64,000 nucleotides of DNA from a virus. The stretch is taken from IMG/VR virus record IMGVR_UViG_3300001533_001295, positions 20,773 to 84,772 of that record, one strand, 5' to 3'. The translations under genes were made by a program, and so were the position numbers. Positions within the stretch are counted from its first letter, which is position 1; every line of letters begins with the position of its first letter. Shown here piece by piece: positions 34,759-43,440 of this stretch. The notes under the pieces are model-generated. The model saw nothing but the letters and a program-made list of their open reading frames with translations, was not told the origin of the DNA and searched no databases.

Positions 34759-37170
34759 ATGTCTACAGAATTAAATAAGATACTCACTCACGTTAAGCAT
34801 GCGTTCGATAAGACCAATAATGTTATTGGCTCTGAGCATAGGCGTATAACAGCCGCTAGAGATTATTTAAAGCGGGCAGACTACGTTGCTAACCGCATGA
34901 ATAACTTTGAGCGGGCTTTTGGTGCTGTAGCTTATACCTATCTACAGGAAAAAGCTCCCGGTCTATTGCCGTATGTAGTCGGCTTTCAGCTGCTAGATAA
35001 GGATGAAGACGGCGAGCGCGGTGCCGGTGTGTTTATTGCTAAGATCAGCGATAAGATAATCGACGTGCCTATGTTCTTTATAAATAATGAACTAAAAGGC
35101 CACGTCTTGATGCGTCTCAGGCACCCGAATTTGTTCTTGCCTTTACGCGAGTCATTTGTTGACTATTTATTTTCTCGGATGCCTCAAGATTTAGGCGATC
35201 CCAGCTCACTTTCTTTAAGTGAACTTCCCAACTCAGCTCAGCCCGACATGCAGGTCTTTGATCCGGTACACATGCTCAAGCAGAGCAGTGTTGCCGAGTA
35301 CTTAGAGCCTTGGGCTAGAAGTGTTGATGCGTTCGAGACATTAAGTATGTACTCACCTAACCCTATTACTAGGGAAGTGTTTGACGCTGTACGTACCAAG
35401 AAGGCTAGCCGCATGATTGTGGACCTTCAAGACGTATTTATGCAGCATCCTGTGTTGTTTAAGGCAGCTAAAGTATTAGCTTTAGAGTTCCCTGGCTTTG
35501 CTGCCAAGATGAACAAGGGCTACGGAGATACTTGGGTAGCTGATATCGAGCGAGAGTTCGAGCTTCGTAAAGAAGCGGCTAACTGCTTAAAACTCTACGA
35601 AGCTGAAGGCGAGCTTAGATTAACCGGCACGGCTAAAACAGCTTCTGTGTCTGTCTATACCAGTGTTCCGCCATTTACTGATCCTGACGAGGCCGATCAT
35701 ATTCGCGGCGAGATCAGGAAGTGGGGCTGCTACATTGATGACAAACGAGCTGAAGATCAGACTTCCATGTTCCTAGACTCGACCGTAGCTCGAGTTATAG
35801 AGTCGGACATGGATCTTGAGAGTCCGTCGTTTGCAGGCAGCTACGATGTCTTAATGCGTGACGGTAAGTATAAGTCGGTGATGATTGTTCCAGGTCCTAG
35901 AGTTGTTGGACTTGATAACCGTATCGATTTAATCGTAGATGCTTCATCTAAGAAAGCTGCGCTGGTCAGCCGTAACGACTACGTAGCTAAGACCGTCAAG
36001 AGCGGAACTAATACCGAACCTAGGCTCGCCTGGAATGAGACGTTTAAGAAGCTCTCCTCTAGGGTATCTGCTGGTATCGGCGTGTTCATTAGCCCAGCGG
36101 GTCAGGCTTCTGTGCCTGTGAGCTTACGTAATAAAGTAAGTAAAGACTCGTGGGATGCTTACGATTCAGCTTATAAGTTATTCAGCGACTTTTCAGGTGC
36201 CAGCACGCATGGAACTCCTGACGTAGACTTCAACGGCATTAATAAGGTTCGTATCTACGACACAGAGAATGCTAACGCTGAAATCTTTGTCCGCAAAGAT
36301 GAGCTGGTAGTCCCAAGTAACGCTAAGTTCATTAAGTTCTCCGATTCGGACAGCATGAGCTCTGATGATAAGTTACCTGTCCAGCAGACAGCCAGCTTGT
36401 CGTTCCAAGAATTAGTCAATATGTCTAACGTTAAATTGACTAAACATTCCAGTGACCGCTATGTACTCAACGGCGCTAATTGTACGGCGTCTCAGGTCAG
36501 AAACTATTTAGTGTTCCAGGCTCACCTGGATAAGACTTCCGCTGAGTACATGTTAGACCAAGATATAGGTACCAAGTACTACGTAGTATCTAAGCCCGGC
36601 CAAGACATCACTATTGATCATTTAAATAAAACGGCTCAGTTTGATGAGCCGACTTTACCTTTCCCCGATATGCGTAATACGCAGCCCGGTCCTACCGGAA
36701 ACTACGCTGTAACCAACCTGCCGGATGAAGAAGAAGTCAGAGGTGACTTCAATCCTACGCGCCAACCTATGCGTGAAGGAGAGACGCCTGAAGAGCGTCT
36801 GGGTCTAGACTTAGCTTCAGCTGGCGGAATGCCTGCTATGGGTCAAGACGGCGGCGTAGATGACGGTCTGTTCGATGTCTCGGGCCTTACAGCTTTACTT
36901 AAAGCAACAAGAATTGACTCGCAGCTTAGGACAGTGTCTAAAACTTTAATCAACGCGATCGATCAGCTAGGGCAAGTTATATTCTTGTTCTACGCAAACC
37001 CAGACGCGTTCCAAGATTATTACGGTGAGACAGAGATGTCTGACCTAGAAGATGCGCTCATTAGTAATTTCGAATCACTCGGTGATTTGTTTATATCGCT
37101 AACAAGGCGCTCAGCCGAACCTGACCCACTATTAGATATATCCACTCTTAAAGCTGAGAACTTTATATGA
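34759..37170 (+). CDS. large putative virion structural protein (803 aa)
   Basis: Long ORF with repeated K-x-A motifs and an acidic helical C-terminus. Confidence 0.6.
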   Translation: MSTELNKILTHVKHAFDKTNNVIGSEHRRITAARDYLKRADYVANRMNNFERAFGAVAYTYLQEKAPGLLPYVVGFQLLDKDEDGERGAGVFIAKISDKIIDVPMFFINNELKGHVLMRLRHPNLFLPLRESFVDYLFSRMPQDLGDPSSLSLSELPNSAQPDMQVFDPVHMLKQSSVAEYLEPWARSVDAFETLSMYSPNPITREVFDAVRTKKASRMIVDLQDVFMQHPVLFKAAKVLALEFPGFAAKMNKGYGDTWVADIEREFELRKEAANCLKLYEAEGELRLTGTAKTASVSVYTSVPPFTDPDEADHIRGEIRKWGCYIDDKRAEDQTSMFLDSTVARVIESDMDLESPSFAGSYDVLMRDGKYKSVMIVPGPRVVGLDNRIDLIVDASSKKAALVSRNDYVAKTVKSGTNTEPRLAWNETFKKLSSRVSAGIGVFISPAGQASVPVSLRNKVSKDSWDAYDSAYKLFSDFSGASTHGTPDVDFNGINKVRIYDTENANAEIFVRKDELVVPSNAKFIKFSDSDSMSSDDKLPVQQTASLSFQELVNMSNVKLTKHSSDRYVLNGANCTASQVRNYLVFQAHLDKTSAEYMLDQDIGTKYYVVSKPGQDITIDHLNKTAQFDEPTLPFPDMRNTQPGPTGNYAVTNLPDEEEVRGDFNPTRQPMREGETPEERLGLDLASAGGMPAMGQDGGVDDGLFDVSGLTALLKATRIDSQLRTVSKTLINAIDQLGQVIFLFYANPDAFQDYYGETEMSDLEDALISNFESLGDLFISLTRRSAEPDPLLDISTLKAENFI

Positions 37171-37553
37171 CCGCGTTTGATCCATACACGTATCAACCTG
37201 GAGATGCCTGGACTTCTACCGAGTTCTTCGGCCGGGCTCTAACTTTGCCTAGAGTTACAGCCACGTTCTCAGCTGGTGGCCAGACTACTACTCCTAGTTA
37301 CTTTGAGTTTAGAGACGGCCGCATTCAAGACAGGCCTGGTGTTAGCGTTTATATACGTAAAGTTGGTTCTGGAGCTATCTCTATTACATTAGAAGACTCC
37401 AGAGATAACGGCGTTAACTGGGTTACAGTTAAGACGTACAACAACGAAGGTATCGATGAGATTGAAGTCGATACTCCAAGAATGCTTAGGCTTAAGTGTA
37501 TCTCTTTAGGTGCTTCTACTACGGCTGAAGTTAAACTAAGTCAGGCGATGTGA
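37167..37553 (+). CDS. beta-rich hypothetical (possibly structural) protein
   Basis: ITLEDSRDNGVNWVTV Asp-box-like segment; ATGA overlap. Confidence 0.55.
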   Translation: MTAFDPYTYQPGDAWTSTEFFGRALTLPRVTATFSAGGQTTTPSYFEFRDGRIQDRPGVSVYIRKVGSGAISITLEDSRDNGVNWVTVKTYNNEGIDEIEVDTPRMLRLKCISLGASTTAEVKLSQAM

Positions 37554-37771
37554 TGCCAAACACAATTAAACACCCAGACCACCCTATATGGTCTGTAATT
37601 AGGCTCGCAGTAGTTAACGTGTCCGTCCTGGTGGCTGTCTATATGCTGTCAGGAAGCGACAACCGCGATCTTTGGGTTATACTAGCTGCGCTAGGCGCAT
37701 CCGGTGTTACCGAGTTTTTAACGTTCAAACAAATTCAGAAAGTAGATCGAGAGAACTTAGATAATAAGTGA
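37550..37771 (+). CDS. small two-TM protein, holin-like
   Basis: Two hydrophobic helices and a charged C-terminus. Confidence 0.45.
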   Translation: MMPNTIKHPDHPIWSVIRLAVVNVSVLVAVYMLSGSDNRDLWVILAALGASGVTEFLTFKQIQKVDRENLDNK

Positions 37772-37802
37772 TCTTGTTTACTTACTGACCGGACTGAACT
37801 TC

Positions 37803-37826
37803 AGCGCTCGAAAGAGCGCTTTTTTT
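37803..37826 (+). terminator. Rho-independent terminator
   Basis: AGCGCTC-GAAA-GAGCGCT followed by T6. Confidence 0.85.
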
Positions 37827-37837
37827 ATGGAGAGTTT

Positions 37838-38293
37838 ATGTCTTGGTTTGATTTATTTTATGACGACCGCAAACTACTAAAACTAAAAGCTTTCATCAAA
37901 TTTGCCAATCAGCTAGGCGATTTATCTACCTGCAAGCGACGCCGCGTAGGGGCTATTATATTTCCTGAAGACTTTACCGAAGTGCTAGCCATAGGCTACA
38001 ACGGACCTCCTAGCGGTATAGCTAATAATTCGTGTAAAGATATATCAGCAAGATGTGGCTGCGTACATGCTGAGGCAAATGCCATAGTCAAGCTGCAGAC
38101 ACATAAAGAAAATCTAGTAATATACAGCACCGTAACCCCATGCGAGCACTGTGCCGGTTTAATTATCAACACCAAGAAGATCAAATACTGTTTGTACTCT
38201 GTGCAGTACAGTAATGATGAAGGCCTGGACAAACTTCTCAAGGCGGGTATCGAAACCAGAAAGCTGACAGAGATTATTGATGACTTCTCATGA
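37838..38293 (+). CDS. dCMP deaminase family protein
   Basis: STCKRRRVGA, GYNG, HAEANA, PCEHC. Confidence 0.9.
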   Translation: MSWFDLFYDDRKLLKLKAFIKFANQLGDLSTCKRRRVGAIIFPEDFTEVLAIGYNGPPSGIANNSCKDISARCGCVHAEANAIVKLQTHKENLVIYSTVTPCEHCAGLIINTKKIKYCLYSVQYSNDEGLDKLLKAGIETRKLTEIIDDFS

Positions 38294-38843
38294 CGAAAAA
38301 TTTTATAAATTAAAAGAAGTAGCAATCGTACTTAAACACGTATGTAGCCTCATTAATACTGAGAACTTATTAGTCATCCCTAGCCTGACAGGTAGATATT
38401 TTTATAGAGTAGAAGATAATATTTTCGACTTAATTAATTCAACGAATAAATTATACGAAAGTAGTCGTAGTAATTATAGTAATTTTTTTATACCGGTAAA
38501 AGCTACTTCTTTAGCTGCAGAAGACCTAGATTTGGACTTAGTAGAACTAGGTTTAATTTTAGCCGAGTATCAAAAACTAAGCGTAAAGTTATCAGATAAA
38601 GAACACGCATTGGTTAGACTCCTGAAAACTCTCAGAAAGTATTTAGGATCTTATACCGATATAATTTTGTATGTTTTAAATGAAACGCAGTTTATAGTTT
38701 TTGACCACTCAACTAAACTTAGTATTAATTTATCTAACAATTTTAAGATAGAGCTATCAGATAATAACTATTATTTAATAAGAAATAAATTTCCTTCAGT
38801 AATAGTTGACGCAGAAGATATGTTTATTAAACCACATTTTTGA
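38277..38843 (+). CDS. hypothetical protein
   Basis: AT-rich ORF overlapping the upstream gene. Confidence 0.6.
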   Translation: MMTSHDEKFYKLKEVAIVLKHVCSLINTENLLVIPSLTGRYFYRVEDNIFDLINSTNKLYESSRSNYSNFFIPVKATSLAAEDLDLDLVELGLILAEYQKLSVKLSDKEHALVRLLKTLRKYLGSYTDIILYVLNETQFIVFDHSTKLSINLSNNFKIELSDNNYYLIRNKFPSVIVDAEDMFIKPHF

Positions 38844-38874
38844 GCACTTGCTTTTTATTGATTAAGCCCAGCCC

Positions 38875-39225
38875 ATGTATGAGTACGAAGCCATTATCTA
38901 CAACGTCGTCGACGGAGACACGTTAGATCTGACTGTAGATCTTGGTTTTGGTGTGCAGTTCTCACACAGGTTCAGGTTGCTTGATGTAGATTGTCCTGAG
39001 ATCAACAGAGGCCCGTTAGATCAAAGAGAGTTAGGTCTGAGGGCTAAAAAATATGTCGAAGACTTAGTTGAGCTTAACAACAAACTTTGCCTAGTGAGAA
39101 CACATAAGCGCAAAGGTAAGTTCGGCAGGTATTTAGCTAACATTTACTTTGAGCACAACGACTACGACCTATCTTTGTCTGAGTTGTTAATAAAAGAAGG
39201 CCACGGAGTTCCTTACGGTAAGTAG
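38875..39225 (+). CDS. thermonuclease (SNase-like) protein
   Basis: VVDGDTL, RLLDVDCPE, GKFGRYLA. Confidence 0.88.
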   Translation: MYEYEAIIYNVVDGDTLDLTVDLGFGVQFSHRFRLLDVDCPEINRGPLDQRELGLRAKKYVEDLVELNNKLCLVRTHKRKGKFGRYLANIYFEHNDYDLSLSELLIKEGHGVPYGK

Positions 39226-39233
39226 AGGTAAAC

Positions 39234-39497
39234 ATGAAAATTGATGACGCTTTGATTCAAGACCTAGTTAACAATCGTCTGACGGGTCAACAAGAACAAG
39301 AGCTTTTTAAAGCTATCCTAAAAGATGAGAAGCTTAAGGATAAGCTAATAAAAATGCTAAGTGAAAATAATAAGATGGCCTGCGCACCAAAGGAGCCGAC
39401 TAGCTTTTCGTCGCTCTCTAAAAGCGGCAAACCTATGACACACATTTCTGAGACGATTACAAAAAGGCAACGAGCTAAGCTCGGTAAAACGTCTTAA
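39234..39497 (+). CDS. hypothetical protein
   Basis: GAGGT RBS. Confidence 0.6.
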   Translation: MKIDDALIQDLVNNRLTGQQEQELFKAILKDEKLKDKLIKMLSENNKMACAPKEPTSFSSLSKSGKPMTHISETITKRQRAKLGKTS

Positions 39498-39530
39498 TTA
39501 TTAGCGTTTTTGCGCTATATGTAGATGTAG
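39493..39530 (+). promoter_or_regulatory. repeated upstream element copy 1 (putative promoter)
   Basis: 35/38 identical to 40142-40179. Confidence 0.6.
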
Positions 39531-39620
39531 CCAATTAGGCTACACAAACGGAGCCCCGTAGATTTGTGATTGGTCTACGGGGCTCTTTTCAATCACACTT
39601 CAATCACTAGGAGATCTGAT

Positions 39621-40079
39621 ATGACGACTAAAATATTACTGTCGATCATTAGTTTGTTACTCTTCGTCGTCGGCTGCAAAACTGACTACAGCGATTTAGA
39701 GACTCGCCCCCAGACAAGTCTCCAAGTCTCATTCGTCACCAATAAAGAAGGGATCGAAATGGAGAATATGGTGATTCTCCGCTACGGGCACCGAGAAAAA
39801 CTCGTAGACAAGTCAAAGAACTTTAAGACATGGGACGACCTTTTCCCTTTCTACTTGAAGCAGGCTTTAGAAGAGGCTGCCCTAGAATACCAAGTTACCC
39901 ACTTGGAGATCGACGCCAATACAGTTGGCGTAAGGGTTAACCTTTGGATCAAAAACGCACTGCAGGACGTATTTGGCGTCCAAGAAGTCAAAGAAGTTCC
40001 TTACGAGCGCCGCTGGCCTGTGAGAATGTCAGATATTGAAGGCGTTCGGTGGCAACCTTCAACGAAATTGCCGTACTGA
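39621..40079 (+). CDS. putative lipoprotein
   Basis: AGGAGA RBS, ATG 39621; signal MTTKILLSIISLLLFVVG-C. Confidence 0.7.
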   Translation: MTTKILLSIISLLLFVVGCKTDYSDLETRPQTSLQVSFVTNKEGIEMENMVILRYGHREKLVDKSKNFKTWDDLFPFYLKQALEEAALEYQVTHLEIDANTVGVRVNLWIKNALQDVFGVQEVKEVPYERRWPVRMSDIEGVRWQPSTKLPY

Positions 40080-40083
40080 CCTG

Positions 40084-40128
40084 AAAAACCCTGATTACGT
40101 TTTACGTGTAATTGGGGTTTTTTTTAGC
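40084..40128 (+). terminator. repeated terminator copy 1
   Basis: AAAAACCCTGATTAC...GTAATTGGGGTTTTTTTT; 43/45 identical to 40663-40707. Confidence 0.8.
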
Positions 40129-40141
40129 TCTTATAACTTAG

Positions 40142-40179
40142 CTTAATTATTAGCATTTTTGCGCTATATATAGGTGTAG
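40142..40179 (+). promoter_or_regulatory. repeated upstream element copy 2 (putative promoter)
   Basis: CTTAATTATTAGCATTTTTGCGCTATATATAGGTGTAG. Confidence 0.6.
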
Positions 40180-40262
40180 TACTAGCTGCCCGTAGTACTT
40201 CACATACTCAACACGTTGTTGTGTATGTAATCAAATGGGCAGTGTCTTAAAGGAGACATATT

Positions 40263-40658
40263 ATGACTTACAACAAATCCCTAATGGTCTTGGTTTTGGT
40301 TGTTGGATCCTCACTCGTTGGCTGTGATAACGCGGCCAAGGAATTGACCGCAACTTTAAGCAGCTCCGTGGTCACGACGGGTGATAAACTTATAAGCCGA
40401 GAGGATCAGGCCTTGGCGGCTGGCGAAGCCGTCATAAAGGGACTCTTGGGGGGCCATCCGAACGAAGCCCAACACCATCTGTTGGAGCGGGCTTTAAGGC
40501 CCGTGCTCGAGAATCAAATCGCCAACGAGTCAAACCTTTTCGGAGGCTCACTCTATGATAATAGTTTGAGACTCCAGCAGCGGATTTTAAAGTTGGTTAG
40601 GTCTACGGACCTAATCGACCAGCTCAAAAAGCTGGCGGACGAGCCAGCTGCTGAGTAG
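40263..40658 (+). CDS. putative lipoprotein
   Basis: AAGGAGA RBS; signal MTYNKSLMVLVLVVGSSLVG-C (lipobox LVGC). Confidence 0.75.
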   Translation: MTYNKSLMVLVLVVGSSLVGCDNAAKELTATLSSSVVTTGDKLISREDQALAAGEAVIKGLLGGHPNEAQHHLLERALRPVLENQIANESNLFGGSLYDNSLRLQQRILKLVRSTDLIDQLKKLADEPAAE

Positions 40659-40662
40659 CGAT

Positions 40663-40707
40663 AAAAACCCTGATTACACTTTACGTGTAATTGGGGTTTT
40701 TTTTAGC
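40663..40707 (+). terminator. repeated terminator copy 2
   Basis: Same hairpin and T8 tract as copy 1. Confidence 0.8.
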
Positions 40708-40764
40708 CCTCACAACTTTACGCTAAACTAATCTTGCAGGACAAACTCTAACAAAAGAGAAAAA

Positions 40765-41775
40765 ATGCCCAGCAAGAACAAGTTCAGTATGACTGAACTA
40801 GCGCTAAAGTATGTAGACGATTTTCCAGCAGCAGCCACAAGAACATTAGCCAGGATGATGTATAAAGATCATCCGAGAGTGTTCTTATCTATTGAGCGAG
40901 CCAGAGCTGTAGTCAGACGCATACGTGGTTCAGCGGGAGACAGGCCTACTGTAGCTAAAGCCAAGCAAAGGTCTAACCCTAAGGTTAGGTCTACCGGCTA
41001 TCCAGCTTTACCTAAACCTGTGAAAGAGGTTGAAGACTGGAGAGCTTTCGCTGTTGAAGAACCCGGCGTAACAGCTGTATTTTCTGATATTCATATACCT
41101 TTCCACGATCCTCAAGCTTTAGAAGAAACTCTAAAAGTAGCTAAGAGGCGTAAGGTAAATACTATTTTACTCAACGGTGATATAGTAGATTTCTACGCTG
41201 TAAGCCGCTGGGAACAGAACCCAGAGATTAGAGATTTAAATAACGAGATAATGTCTTCTAGGCAGTTTTTAGCTCACCTAAGAGGCAGGTTCCCTGACGC
41301 TAGGATAATATATAAGGAAGGTAACCATGAGAACCGCTGGACATCGTACATGACCGTACATGCTCCAGAGTTTCTAGCTGTTGATTCGTTTAAACTCCAT
41401 GAAGTGCTAAAATTAACTGACTTAGGTATAGAGTTAATTAGTGATCTCAGACCTATATCTTTAGGTAAGTTGAGTGTCATTCATGGACACGAGTACGCTA
41501 GATCTGTGTTCTCTCCGGTAAATCCAGCTAGAGGTTTGTTTTTGCGTGGTAAAACTACAGCTATGTGCGGCCACCATCATCAGGTGAGCCAGCATAGCGA
41601 GAGAACCTTAGAGGGTAAACAGCTGTCTACCTGGAGTCTAGGTTGTCTGTGTAATTTGAATCCACAGTACATGCCTCTTAATAACTGGAGTCATGGGTTT
41701 GCTATAGTTGATGTGGAAAGTAGTGGCGATTTCCATGTCGACAACATTAAAATAGTTAACGGTAAGAGTGTTTAA
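40765..41775 (+). CDS. calcineurin-like metallophosphoesterase
   Basis: DIHIP, GDIVD, GNHE, HGHE, GHHH. Confidence 0.88.
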   Translation: MPSKNKFSMTELALKYVDDFPAAATRTLARMMYKDHPRVFLSIERARAVVRRIRGSAGDRPTVAKAKQRSNPKVRSTGYPALPKPVKEVEDWRAFAVEEPGVTAVFSDIHIPFHDPQALEETLKVAKRRKVNTILLNGDIVDFYAVSRWEQNPEIRDLNNEIMSSRQFLAHLRGRFPDARIIYKEGNHENRWTSYMTVHAPEFLAVDSFKLHEVLKLTDLGIELISDLRPISLGKLSVIHGHEYARSVFSPVNPARGLFLRGKTTAMCGHHHQVSQHSERTLEGKQLSTWSLGCLCNLNPQYMPLNNWSHGFAIVDVESSGDFHVDNIKIVNGKSV

Positions 41776-41783
41776 CCTAAGAG

Positions 41784-42281
41784 TTGAGTAAAATGACTAA
41801 CCTGTATAGACCTGGCGAAGTTATTGGTACGAAGTATACCCGAGCTTATCGTGTTGAGGCTTCAAACCCTCTAAACGATATTCCTCACATTACTTTTGCC
41901 GAAGAGACGGTGTACAACCTAGACGAGAATGGCCCGGTAACTAAGCAACTAGGTAATTTAAATACCTACCTAACGCCCGACAGTCTTGGCACTACGTTTG
42001 AACTTCGTAATCCATTTACCGGTGAAGCTATCGGCGAGGACATGACTTACGGCGAAGTCATGGCCATCCTCTACTCTCTTTACATTGATTTAGCTATCAA
42101 AAGAGATATAGCGGAAGCCGCACCTGAACCAGAGCCCGATCCAGAACCAGATCCCGGCGAAGATCCGGATAATCCGGTAGATCCAGAAGATCCCACCGAT
42201 CCAGAAGATCCCACCGATCCAGAAGATCCTATCGATCCCGAAGATCCCACAGATCCAGAAGATCCTGACGGCGATGACTAG
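41784..42281 (+). CDS. hypothetical protein with acidic DPE/DPT repeat tail
   Basis: C-terminal Asp-Pro-x repeats. Confidence 0.65.
   Translation: MSKMTNLYRPGEVIGTKYTRAYRVEASNPLNDIPHITFAEETVYNLDENGPVTKQLGNLNTYLTPDSLGTTFELRNPFTGEAIGEDMTYGEVMAILYSLYIDLAIKRDIAEAAPEPEPDPEPDPGEDPDNPVDPEDPTDPEDPTDPEDPIDPEDPTDPEDPDGDD
42123..42270 (+). repeat. coding 18-bp imperfect tandem repeat (DPEDPT)
   Basis: GATCCAGAAGATCCCACC-like units. Confidence 0.8.
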
Positions 42282-42335
42282 CTTATAAGCACATAACGAT
42301 TTCAGCTGTTAGACAGATGAACGTAGGGAAAAAGT

Positions 42336-42962
42336 ATGACGTCAAAAACTTACAAATCCTTATGTTTCATAGGTCCGACAGCTGTAGCAACTACGAACGG
42401 GCTTATACCGATACGGGACGTTAAGAAAGGTGACCTAGTCTATACGCTAGATGGAACAGCTAGACCGGTCTTAACTGTAGGCAGCCGAGTTTATTCTGGT
42501 GATATGGTTAAGATCTACTGTGGTGGTAGAGCAGTCTGTTGTACTTTAGAGCATCCTTTTTTTGCAGCCTATATAAACAAGATAGATGTAGATGGGATGT
42601 ACAGGTTTCCACGTAAAGTCAAGAATGCCGTTAAACTTAGTTTAAAGGATTATCTACTTATTCCTTGGAATTTATTATTAAGTTACTCAGATTCCACTGA
42701 ATTAAGGCATACTTACGCTAAGATTAAGGACAAAGACTTTTCGTCAAATAAAGCTGGAGCTTTAACTGCTTACGCTCAGAAAAGGGATATTAAAGCTGTA
42801 GGTTGCCGAGAAGGAGTAGCCAGGCGTATTGATAGAGTTAGGCTTTTAGAAGCTAGAAATATACCTGTCTATAATTTAGAGGTAGAAGACAGGCATACGT
42901 ACACCGCTGAGTTTTTCGCAGTTAGTGGTTGCGTTAATCCAAATATCCATGATATGACTTAA
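42336..42962 (+). CDS. free-standing HINT (intein-like) domain protein
   Basis: CFIGPTAV (block A), CTLEHPF (block B), VYNLEVEDRHTY (block F), ends VSG-C; only 9-10 flanking residues on each side. Confidence 0.8.
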   Translation: MTSKTYKSLCFIGPTAVATTNGLIPIRDVKKGDLVYTLDGTARPVLTVGSRVYSGDMVKIYCGGRAVCCTLEHPFFAAYINKIDVDGMYRFPRKVKNAVKLSLKDYLLIPWNLLLSYSDSTELRHTYAKIKDKDFSSNKAGALTAYAQKRDIKAVGCREGVARRIDRVRLLEARNIPVYNLEVEDRHTYTAEFFAVSGCVNPNIHDMT

Positions 42963-43015
42963 TTGCTGCTGGAAAGTCTAGCAGCTATTCTTGGGGTAGT
43001 AGTTCGGTTTAACCT

Positions 43016-43429
43016 TTGAGGTGTTTTATGTCTTGTATCGCGTCTTTTCCGCGTCCTTCCTTAGCCTGTGCTCTCCAGCTGCTGCGAGCTTTTCGCACCG
43101 CCGAAGTACCTGTTCAAGAAATTACTCTGCGTCTTATTTCCCTGGCTGGTGGAGTTGTTAGCAACAGCTCTTTTAAAGGCGTCGAAGACGCTGCGCTGTG
43201 CTTTGAAGGCGGAATTACTATTCCTGCTGACGAAATTTCAGACTCAGTGTGGGATAGTGTTGATTTAGCTGTTTCCGTCCTTAGCGCTAATGGTATTAGC
43301 TTAGATGACGAAGACATTAGTGTTTCTCTTGATACAGAAGGCAAGATCATTGAGATCTTGCTTCCTATTTTGTTGCCAATCGCTATCGACCTTCTTAGGG
43401 CTTGGTTGCGTAAGCGCCAAGGAAGATAA
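43016..43429 (+). CDS. hypothetical protein with C-terminal amphipathic/TM helix
   Basis: IIEILLPILLPIAIDLLRAWLRKR; GAGGTG RBS favours ATG 43028. Confidence 0.6.
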   Translation: MRCFMSCIASFPRPSLACALQLLRAFRTAEVPVQEITLRLISLAGGVVSNSSFKGVEDAALCFEGGITIPADEISDSVWDSVDLAVSVLSANGISLDDEDISVSLDTEGKIIEILLPILLPIAIDLLRAWLRKRQGR

Positions 43430-43440
43430 GGTTTCGTAAA

